This document shows positions 1 to 10,691 of a stretch of 64,000 bases of DNA, piece by piece. How positions within the stretch are numbered: the first letter of the stretch is position 1; every line of letters starts with the position of its first letter. The DNA comes from Pelomyxa schiedti (lineage: Eukaryota; Protista; Evosea), in NCBI GenBank assembly GCA_020536535.1, contig JAHLWZ010000804.1:70234-134233 (forward strand). The letters are read 5' to 3'. A model generated the notes under the pieces. That model had not been told where the DNA came from. It worked only from the letters and a program-made list of their open reading frames with translations, and did not search any database. The position numbers and the translations under genes are program-made.

Positions 1-3000
1 AGACAATGTGAGGAACTTCGCTCATTTACTTATGGTAACAAGGGAAAAGATAGAAGAGCTGATTGCTAAACTTCAATTCATTTTTGGCGCATTCCCAAAT
101 GCAGAGCCTGAAATCCTATTCTCACCTTTCTTCATGGGATGTATTTCCTACAACCCACTGGTCCTCCAGAAATTGCTAAACAGACAAAAATTTTTTGAGA
201 ATTCGTATCTATCTCTCTGTGAAATTTTGTCTCAACCAAGTACCTTTACCATTCACCCTATCTCACATTAATGCATCAAGGTTCTGTAACTCTCAAGACG
301 CGGATAGCAAAACTCCAAGAAGGCTTTGATTATGCCAGCAAGACCGTTTTACAGAACAATGTCAATGTCAACACCCTTGAAAATAATTATCTAGGAAGTT
401 TGGTTGGCCATGTGAGTGCCTGCACTTTGCCAAGGTTTGTGCCCTAAATGACCAGCAAAACAATTAATAACTCAACAAGTGACGTTTCATTGCAAACGGT
501 TTTACAGCGATCCCCTTCACGGTTCTTGCTTGATCTAGTCTTAACAAAGCACGACTGTATTCCCCTCTAGTAAAATTGTTGTTAACGAATTTTCGAAGAT
601 TCTACTGCTCACAGTCTGGCCGAGTCTATTGGAATTGATGTTTTCGCACTTGTTTTGAAATACATAGCTGGTTCCCCTGACAAAAAATCAGTTTGCTTCT
701 GGGAAAATCCTCCTTCACTTACCTTGTCTTAGAATCGAGTTGCTCCAGAAATCGTGAATTTCATTGGAAAAAAATCGGAGCTAACTGCTTCCCTATTGTG
801 TTTACTGAGTTCCACTGCGTCACAGTTTAGCACTGTTCAACAATATGCACTTAGTCACACTCGGGTACGTAGAAAATCAACTTCCTTGGGCTCACTCCAT
901 CAGGGATGCTTATTCAAATGGGCAAGAAATCAAGTCAAAATACATTCTATCATATCCCAGGCATACACTGAGGTTCGACTTCTAACTCAGTGATAAAGAC
1001 CCACCCATCCAAGGAATCTGCCCGAGACCAAGCTTGGACTTTCCTTCAAAGTATTGAACATCATCCCCATGCCGCTGACTGGGAAGAGCGGCACATTCAG
1101 TTTTACACTCACATTGTCAATGAATTTATCTCCAAACACGACTGGAACTCTGCTTTGATGTACTCTGAACAGTTTTTACCAAAAGGACCCAGTGATAAGT
1201 TGCTTCTGCAAGCTGTCGAACATGATGGGAAAGATGTTTCCCAGTTCCTACTTCGTTGTTCAAGTATACAATGATTTACTCCATTACATTTTCAAACAAA
1301 AAAAAAAGACAAGCAAAAAATTATCCCAACGGTTCTAAAACTACTTCCCACTTGGGACATCAATGTGGCAATGTATGTCAAATGTAGTTTCTTATCTTTG
1401 TAACACATGTACACTAGTGATTTACTCAACATGTGCAAGTGTCACCTCAAGCCACAGGACCCACAGTGGGCTGATATTTGCTCGGTGTTACACCAAATGA
1501 ATGCCTACAGTGATATAACAAAAATACACCCTCATTGGAAGTAAGTAACTACGTCTCGGGGAAAAAAATTTATGGAGCAAGGGACTGGCGTAAATTGGAT
1601 GAAATTTGCAAGAGTGACCCTGCCCTTGTTGTACGTGATTTACTTCAGTTGAACCAGTACAATATGGCCAGAAAGGTGTGACGTATTAGTCGTTAATTGA
1701 GATACCCTCACAACTATCACAGATTCGTCACTTACTCAATGTTCCAAATGTTAAAAACGAGATTGAAGAGAGTTGCTTACTTCATATGCTCCTAGAATTG
1801 AATGGTTTCCTTCAGTCAAAAATGAATCTAATTAAATTTTAATTTTTATTTAAAAAAAAACCAAAATTATGTTTCTTATGTTTCACTAGATACAAGTGCT
1901 GCAATGCTAACTCTCTGTGAAATGGGAACAGACGCTGTTGGTGTCGTTCATGCCCTCATTGACAGGGTACTGAGACTCCCTCGTTGCTTCCGCACGCTCA
2001 CCCGCTTCTACTGTGCACAAAACACAAAAAGGTTTCTGTTTCCACGACCTTGTCCTCTACCAAAATGCAAACGAAGCTGTTCCTAATTCAATTCCTTTTG
2101 ACAAACATGGCAACCCATGTGGAACAAGCAGAATTTGACCAATTGTCGAAAGTAGAAACGGGGCTGAAGGTACCTACAAGATGCTCTCCCAGTTTATCAC
2201 CTTTCCTAGATTTTATTGCTTCTGCCACCCAATCTTCAACAACAATATGAAAAACTGGCATCCTACCCTCATCTCATCTTTGAGAGCATGATAATGGATA
2301 GCCACATAGACCAACTCTCAACTGTAATACAACGCATACCTGCAGTCAGGGTACATTAACAGTAATACGTTTCAAAGCCAATCGTTTTTAGGATGACATG
2401 ATTCTGCTACAATACGCCATAAAAGCTCTTTCGTTGGATATTCGGCCTACCCCACAACCTACCCCAACTCTTGGTTCACCTCGTGGGTCTCGCCAAGGAA
2501 GCCAAGTATACACCAATATCCCAACTTCCAAGCAGGGAAGTCAAACATATTCTGGATCTCCACATGGGAGTCAGACGTATACAACACAAACAACATCACA
2601 GCACGGAAGTAAGACATACACCACTACACCTCAAGGAAGTCAGACATACACTGTAACAACTAATCCGACATCCTCTCGTCAGAGTAGTCAAACGCACATT
2701 AACACTGACATGCCTCCCCCTGACCCGGCACCCAGTCCGCATTTTGCTCTTTCCAGTGCCCCTCCAACCCCAGTTCTCAAACACAAAGAAAGTGTACCAC
2801 ACATAGCTGACATGGCATCAATTGTATGCCCAGATTTCTTACGTAATATGCGACTTGTTGGTGATCTGTATTACGACGATGAGGTCCTATTTCTATATCT
2901 TTCAGAAAACAATATCTTATTAAACCTTTCCAGGTGAGAAAAAATCACCGTTACTCTTCATGCCCCAATATCAACTTGGCCAAGTCCTTGTTCGATCTTT

Positions 3001-5691
3001 GTCCTAATCGCATTCTGGTAAAATTAATTGCATAAAAATGTGCCTAAGTCTTGCTAAGGTTGCAGAAACCTGCATGAAATATTTCTGGGATATCTCAAAT
3101 GAAATCTATGCAATGGATGTGGGTTTCTGATACATTAAAAAACCTCTAATATTTTCAAGTCCTATCAATCCAGAATTCACACAAGTGAACTACTCGAAGT
3201 AGCTCGACAGCTTCTTCTCTATACAAAGCAAATTTCTTCGTTTTTGAATCTCGCTCACAAATCTGAGTCACATCCTACCTCAAGAAGCCCAACAGATTCT
3301 CCCATATCACCTGATGAATCAACTGCAAGTTCATCTCAACTCAAGGATGTTGAAAAGGCTATTGAAGTGGTCGGCCTTTACACTGCCCTTCTTAATGCTG
3401 GTTGCACTTTTGGTTTAACATTAGGACAACTTTTCCAGCCTGAAAGCGGACAGTTACTACTTTCTATTTAGACTTCTTCTCACATTTGCTCAGAAAACTC
3501 CTGGATAAACTGATTGAAGTTGATCGCCTATCTCTTGCTATAGACGCCGCTCAGAAATGTGGAATTTCACCTAACAAAGCATGGTTACGATGCGGTTTTG
3601 CCCTCCTAAAGATGGGGAAATATCTTGATGCAAGAAATATGTTCAAATCTTGCCTTGGTACCTGCCTTGCTTAATCTCCTTTATCTTACTTCACTTTAGT
3701 TCCACGAGAGGAACACAAAACTAATTCCGAAGCAGCAATAGAAACAAAACGAATTCTCGATCAAATTTTGCAGGTGACCATTCCACAACATTTTTAATTT
3801 GGTAACAATAAGTAGATCCTCCGCCTGGCACCCCAACTTGACGAAAATGCATTAAGAAAAAGGCTAATGGAAATGCAGGCAGTTAGTGAATCACCTCATG
3901 CAAATAGGAATCAGTATTGTAATGACCTTTTTCCCCAGTAATACAATAGTTAAACAGCCGCAGATGACCAATTCAGTGTGAACTCCTATTTACACGTACT
4001 TCATGTGTATGTAAAAGAAATCGAGAGGGTAAAATGATGATAATATTAAAAGGAAACCAGCTGTACCTGTTTCCAAGCCAGCATTCAACCAGCCTTTAGT
4101 GACCCCAATTCAACGGGATGAGTGCATGTAGCCTTTTCTATTCTTTTTACCGAAAATTGACTGGTACAAGATTTTATTTGCAAACGTATGGCGGTAAAAG
4201 AGCCCTCATCAACTTCCTTGTGAATAACAACATGTTGGAAAATGCTTGCAAGTATTTCTCCTCCTTCATATCCTTTGATACCTAATCAAATTGAAGGGAG
4301 GCAGTTGCAATACAGCTGTCTACACAAGCTTTTGTAGAAGAAGTTGTATTATATTGTATTTCTCATAACTACACAAGCCACCTGAAACAAATCCTGTCCC
4401 AGCAAGGTTCAAAACGTGAGAGTATGAAAAACTGAGACGCTATTAGATTCGTCATTACAATCTGTTATGACGTACCTTACCTCTGCTTGTAAGCATCTGA
4501 ATAAGAAGCGTGCCTATGATGTTTTGCTTGATTTTCAGGTCTTCGTACTTTCACTTGCGCTATCTTTTCACATTTTCCACCAGCTATTCATGCAAGACTT
4601 CACTCGTGCAGGCCTTACATCTGTCAAAATGTTTCTTGACACCCCACCGGCTGATGTAGACGTGAGATTAACTCATCTTGTCAATGCCAAGGTGCACAAT
4701 ACCGTGCTTACTACATCAATACTTACCGTGCCAACTTTTTAGCAATATTTCTCTGATGCTCTGTCGCAACGCTCGACGAAAATGACTACTGGAGAACTTT
4801 CTCAAAAGGTCATTACCTCAGATTTACAGATTAGTGTCACCAAGTACTTCCCGGAATTACTTAAACTAGTTGGTGACAGCTTTCAGGTTGTTCATCAAAG
4901 AAAAGAAGAATATAGCCATAGAAGTACAGAAGGCTACTCTCTTCGGACCGCCAGAAGAACGACAAGGTTTCAATACAAAAATTGTTGTGCATTCTTGAAG
5001 TCTTCACCTCTCAGCAATTCTGGAGCAACTTCTTTTGATTGGGAGCTTCGATCTTACATACCGCATTGTGCAACACTTTAGGATGTCTTCAGATGTGTAC
5101 ACACACACAATTCACCAACTAGCCCGTCGTAAACAATACTCAAAATTGATGGAACTGCTGAAACCACTAAAAGTACTTCAGTCTGTCCTTTACTATGACA
5201 TAACTACCCTACTCCCAGACTGCCATTGGCGAATCAGAATGGGAATCTGTGTTACTCTCAGTCTCACAGCTTATCGCCACTGAAATGTCCGATCAGAAAA
5301 CTGCCAAAAAACTCATAGAAAAACTTACGTCGCCACGAGCTCAAGTCATGTTCTGGCTCTACAAACATCTTATTTCATTAACCTAACGAAACTTAGTGCG
5401 TACGTTCACTGCGGAATGGTGAAACAGGCACTTGACCTTGCTCTCCACAAGTCAGTCACGGACCAACTAGGCGCCATACGGGAAGTCGCGATCCAAGTCA
5501 ACGACACCAAAACCCTCAGTGCCTGCGAAGCCGCCATCGCCAAGCTTGCGGCTACACCCACGGCACCCGCACAGTGGGATGGAGACTACTCGAAACTCTT
5601 TGCCACTGCACCAGCACCACACACAGCCACAACAACCTCGGCTGCAGCAGCTTCTTTGCTGGCCACAAGCAAAGGCGGAGGAAAGTGGTGA
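1..5691 (+). CDS. ZFYVE26: Spastizin/ZFYVE26 (SPG15)-like AP-5 accessory protein; multi-exon, 5'-truncated by window
   Basis: Exon peptides resemble the spastizin C-terminal region: KLIEVDRLSLAIDAAQKCGISPNKAWLRCGFALLKMGKYLDARNMFKSCL (3486-3660), QDFTRAGLTSVKMFL (4590-4640) and YSSCPNINLAKSLFDL (about 2950-3000). The last exon ends GGGKW* at 5691. No FYVE motif seen. Confidence 0.8.
2470..2700 (+). repeat. Degenerate coding tandem repeat (Q/H-G-S-Q/K-T-Y-T, about 6 copies) within the spastizin-like gene
   Basis: ORF 2398-2937: RQGSQVYT, KQGSQTYS, PHGSQTYT, QHGSKTYT, PQGSQTYT, RQSSQTH. Confidence 0.8.
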
Positions 5692-5843
5692 TGAGACTCA
5701 GACTACTCTCACTGTTTGGATTAGACAGCACCGGCAAAAGCGGAAAGAAAAAAGTAGTAAAAAAAAAGGGAAAAATAACAAAGACTCGAAATGTCTTTTC
5801 TTTCATAGTTTCTTTCAAACAGAGTAAATTAGTATGTGCTTGG

Positions 5844-8800
5844 TTACTGGAAATTGAATGAACCGTGCTTGTCAAACACAGCCAATACTGTGCCCCCATC
5901 CTCCGTCAGAATAACTACACGGCCCGTGTTGCCGTGCTTGTGAGGGGACCCACCTCTGCCGGAGGGCATGGCCCAGTGTGGGTCGCTTTCGTTGGCCGCG
6001 TCTACTACGCACGTGGTTGCATTGTGGCACACTGGCTGGTGAAGCCCAACAACGCTGCCGCTGCCCCCGCCGCCCCCGCCGCCGCACGCGATGTGGGAGT
6101 ACGCGTTCTGGCCGCCGCCGCCGCCGCCAAACCGCCCGCTGTTGGCGTGGTGCTGGTTGTCTCCACCATAGCCCCCAGTGTCACTTGTCCCCCACGCATC
6201 ACTGTTTGACGCCGCGCCGCCGCCGCCGCCGTTGCCATTGACCCCTGGGCCTCCATTGTGGGCGCAGTCCGCACCGGCGCCGCCGGAGCCAAGGTTCCCG
6301 ACGTAGGCCCCGCCGCCGCCGCCTCCACCAGCAAAGAAGGAGCCGCCTCCGCCGCCTCCGCCACCTCCACCTGCAGCCGCCAGTAGCTGATCCGTGCCCG
6401 TCTCGTGGATGAATGATGCTCCTCCACCTCCTCCTGCAGCATTCCGAGAACCTCCACTGCCACCACCTCCTCTCACACCGGATCCACCAGGGCTTTTGCT
6501 ATCTTCACCTGAGCCTCCACCACCCCCGTCACACCCTCCTTTTCCTTTCACACTGCCGCCTTCGCCAGAGCCACCATCCTCCCAGCAGCCACCATATCCT
6601 CCCACCGTTACTCTGAGTGATGAACCAGGCTTGACACTGACAACTCCAGATACAAAGCCGCCGCCTCCACCACAGGTATCCAAGCCATATCCTGAACCAC
6701 CACCAGCTCCCCACATCTTGACCATCAACTTCCTTGGCCCATTCTTTGTTGTGGTAGGTATTTGACGTCCTCTACTGGGTTCTACATGTAGATGAATTTA
6801 CAGGTTTAGAATTGAAATGCACATTACCTTCACTAGATGTACTATTGGGAGTCCTTAGTATTGATGCATAGGTGGGAGCCTGTGCAGGTTTCTGCTTTGG
6901 GGAGGCTGTTGAGTTTTGGCTTGGCGAAAACGGTTTAACTGTTGTGGGTGGTGATGGGGAAGGAGGAGCAATTGTTGAGGTGATGGAGACTGAAGGAGGG
7001 GATAGCTGTGGTTGCGTTAGAACCGTTGGTAAGGGAAGTGGCGGTGACAAAGGCACAAGAGGTGGACTTTCAGGCACAGGTATTGGTATTGGTATCGCCG
7101 CGGTAGTTTGCAGTTGGGTAGGCATTTGGTTGCTGGGACTGGTCAGTGTTGGAGAAAGGGGGTGCCGTACCCCCAAAGTTTGGTTCATGTTGCTGATGTT
7201 GATTATTGGTGGCAAAGTGACAGGGGGAAGTGGCCGTCTTTCATCTGTAACATCAAGTCAAATAAAAGAAAGATTGTATGAAGGAACAAACCAATGGTTT
7301 TTATCGCTATTGAGTCCAGGAAAGAAAAAACGAGTGGAGGGTTCTCCAAATAATACTGAAATTGCGGATAGTCTCCTTCCCTATGTGTTAAGCCTTCAAC
7401 AGAGAATGCCTAATTGAAAAGGGAAGTGAGATTATTAGGTTCCAACAAAATAGAAATGTACTTTCAAAATGTTGTTACATTCTGTGAGCGGCTCTGACCA
7501 GTCTCTGGAAACATAGGACTTGTTGGAGAGAATAGCTTCGAATCTCAATGCCATTGCCTGCAGCTGTACAGAGACTTTCTCAAGGTGACAATAACGTTCT
7601 TGGATGGAAAGATCTAGCTCAGTGATTAGGATAGAAGAAAGAGAAGAAAGTGCACTGAAAAACCATTGTAGGCTTTGAGTTGTTCTATCTGCCGCATTAA
7701 TTCGGTGCATTTCTCAGATGCTGCTCTTCGAATCTCCTCCATAGTGTTGGTCAACTCCATGCTTAATGCTTCAAGTGCCTTCATGGAAACAAAGTATGAC
7801 AAGCTTAGAAAGAAACCAAGTAATGACGTATAAACCTGATTTTGGTGAATAACTTCCTTTTGCAGGTCATTTCTGGCGTTCGATAGCAATACCGCTCGTG
7901 ACTTGAGTTCCTGAATCCCATTCAATAGCTCTTTTCTACACTGCTCTCCCCATTCATTGATGAGAACAACTTCGTGGCCTTTGTGAGACCCAAAGTTTGC
8001 ACACTCCAAACAGACTAAACATTTGCATGATCGGCAAAACAGCTTAAGTTGCTCTCGATGTTCCACACATCTTGGAGCATATGATAGAGGCGGTGCTGTT
8101 ACAGTCCCGCCGTCAATTCGGATCCGCTGGTGGGCACCAAGGGGACCTCGGTGGATGGTGTTATCGCACTTGGAACACATAACTGCCCCACAATCAGCAC
8201 ACTGAACAGTGGCTACTTCCAGACAATCCATTGAGCAAATGATTTTTTTCGGACCAGCTGGCAGAGGTTAAGAAAAAGGTTAAAAAGAGGAAGGGATACT
8301 TCTTTTATATTTTTCCACGAGAGCAGCCATCACTTGGTTCGGGGGAAGAGCTTCTTTCGTAGTCCTCGATTTGCTGATGAACATAACACTAGAGCAAGTG
8401 AGGCACACAATGGCATCGAACTCCTTATGTGTTTCCTGCTGGAAACAACCGATGTCAGCGAAATACCGTACAAACAAGACACTCCTACCAGATTAGTATT
8501 AGCGCTCGCGACCAGCGAGTAGTAGGAGCGCAAGTTGTCGGCGCAGTCGATGCACATTGTGTGGCCGCAGTTGAGCAGCACCGGCTTGTTGTACATCCTG
8601 CCGCACAACTTGCACACCACCTCATCCTCCTCACTCTGCCCCCCAATCACGCTCGCGGATTTAGCGGCTCCGCTGTTGCCGCCGCCCCCGCCGATCACGT
8701 TGCCGTTCACGTTCGCGTTCGCGGTGGCGTTGGCGTTTGCGTTTGCGTTGACGTTCACGTTCACGTTCGCGCCGCCGCCGCTTGCTGCCGATCCCGATGC

Positions 8801-8995
8801 AGTAGTCGTCGTAGCGGCGGCGTTGGCGGCGGCCGACGACGGCGACGCGGACGTCGTGGTCCCCGGCGCCCCGGTTTTCGCGGGTGGCGCGTCGGACACG
8901 CCGAACGAGTCGGACGGCGATGTGCCGATTGCGGGGGTGGAAGGAGGGGTCGTAGATGCCGACGTCGTGTGCTTGTTGCGGTTCCTCTTGCTCAT
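5844..8995 (-). CDS. TRIM/RBCC-type E3 ligase: RING, B-box1, B-box2, coiled coil, Pro/Ser linker, C-terminal glycine-rich (ALK/LTK GRD-like) domain
   Basis: RING CKLCGRMYNKPVLLNCGHTMCIDC; B-box CADCGAVMCSKCDNTIH...H; B-box CVEHREQLKLFCRSCKCLVCLEC...HKGH. Exons join in frame through GT-AG introns (ILK/AFSVEG...KTI/DERRPLPP...SSE/EPSRGRQ...KLMVKMWGAGGGSG). The last exon has many GGGGG runs (WGAGGGSG...AAAGGGGGGG...GGGGGSG). Confidence 0.8.
8258..8299 (-). other. Candidate U12-type (minor spliceosome) GT-AG intron, 42 nt, phase 1, in the TRIM gene
   Basis: Donor GTATCCCTT; TTCTTAAC lies 9 nt before the CAG end. The intron contains an in-frame stop, and removing it joins KYKR-T-GPKKIICSMDC. Confidence 0.55.
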
Positions 8996-9348
8996 TACGC
9001 AGCACTTACGGCCGGATTTTTTTTTTTTTTATCTTTTTTTTCCACAAGTTGTTTGGGCGGATCAGCAGATCCTCAGATCTGAAGTTGTACCAGGAAGCGC
9101 TGTACAACTACCATTAAAGTAGTGGTGGAGTGGGCGCTGATGTTGCTGACCAAAGGTAAGATCTGTTTCACCCTGTTTCCCCGTTTGAACACACAACGAA
9201 GTTTGTGTTTGCAAAAACCCAAATCGGAAAAACAAAGCTAATGCCGCCTCATGGAACCCACCACTACAACAACGTCAACGTCCCCGCCGTGCCAAACAGG
9301 CGCGCCGTGTCGTTCCTTCCCACAATCGTGTCTTGCGTGCTCTGTTCT

Positions 9349-10495
9349 ATGTGTGCCCTGCGGTGGGGCTCACTCCCACTGCCCCTAAGGCTGTTTCTCG
9401 TCCCCCTCGTGCTCCTGACCGCCCTCGACGCACGGTATCGTCTGGTCCAACACCGAGGCCTGCTTTTGGCCCTGAGGGCTTGGGCCAACGGCAAACACCC
9501 CGTTGGGTAAGGACCTTCCCATAATTGTGTTGGACCTTGTGCATGTTGTTTCTTTCTTATGGCATGCCACGTGATGGCTTGGTTTTTTTTTAACAAACAA
9601 AGCGCAATCACGCTTATGAGCTCGTTTTTACAGATATACTCGGTTTATCAATGGGCTGGCTAAGATATTTGGACAAAGAGTCATTGCAGCTGCTACTGAT
9701 CGTTACCACGGAAAAGTACTTACTCCTGAACATGCAAGAGTGTGCTTCTTTTTCTTTCCCCATCTTGAATTCCGAGCCCTATCTCACTTTACATAGACAA
9801 TGGTTACTTGGACAAAGTGCTGCATCGAACGCAGTGACCTTGGCGAACGTGTTCTACCTTTCAGTGTAGCCAGGGACCTAGTGATGCGGGGACCTCCGGA
9901 GATTGCGCTTGTTAATTGCGAGTGCAGAGAATTAAAGAAAGTTCATTGCGAGCCTCTGGAGGTAGATAGTTTCCTTACCGCGCTTATTAAAAGTAATGAC
10001 TACCTCAAGGTTTGCATGGTAATGGGCAGAGAGCTTTTAGATCGCTTTCCCTCGGCGAAGCGCATAACAATACCTGAGGCTATTGAAGTTCTCAAGGCAG
10101 CACACAACAACGGGAACGTGCACACAGCGTGGTTCGCGGAACTACACGAAAACTCAATGTTCGCAATATGCAACTGCTGCAAGTGCTGCTGCAGCGGAAT
10201 TGAGACCATGAGGAGGTACGGCTTCACAGCCGGCAATATGGTGTCATCAGGCTACAGCTCCCGCCGCAAAGAAGGAAGCACATGCGTAGGCTGCGGCGCA
10301 TGCGAGAAGCTCTGCGCCTTTGATGCTATACACCTCAAGCTGGCAGCGGAACAAGGTGGCCGGCCACAGGCTTATGTAGATACTGACAAGTGCCTTGGCT
10401 GTGGGGTGTGTGTTGCCAAGTGCCCAAAGAAGTGCCTGGAGCTCACAAGAGACCCTTCAAAACCCGCTCCTCTTGACCTGAATGAGCTATTCTGA
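9349..10495 (+). CDS. Bacterial-type 4Fe-4S dicluster (ferredoxin-domain) protein with ICNCCxCCC motif; start uncertain
   Basis: YHGKVL motif (9705-9725), NCECR, FAICNCCKCCCSG, and two CxxCxxCxxxC motifs (CVGCGACEKLC, CLGCGVCVAKCP). Interrupted by short GT-AG introns. Confidence 0.8.
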
Positions 10496-10691
10496 GAACA
10501 AAACTTTGACTCATTAACTGCAAACCAACCTCACAACCCCGTTGTCCCACGACAGAATAACCTACCGAAGTCACCCACGCAGGCAATTTTCCAATCAACT
10601 TGTCCAAGCGAGTAGCCCAACTTGACTACCTCGCTTCTTGCGTCATTTTTCCTTCTCATAATTTCCGAACAATAAACGGAACAAACACCGA

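Noticed and set aside
8429-9122. Long plus-strand ORFs overlapping the TRIM first exon, and similar ORFs at 5865-6765, 10643-11113, 21579-21973 and 52483-53176
   Set aside because: These are shadow ORFs produced by GC-rich, stop-poor sequence opposite or out of frame with recognisable genes.
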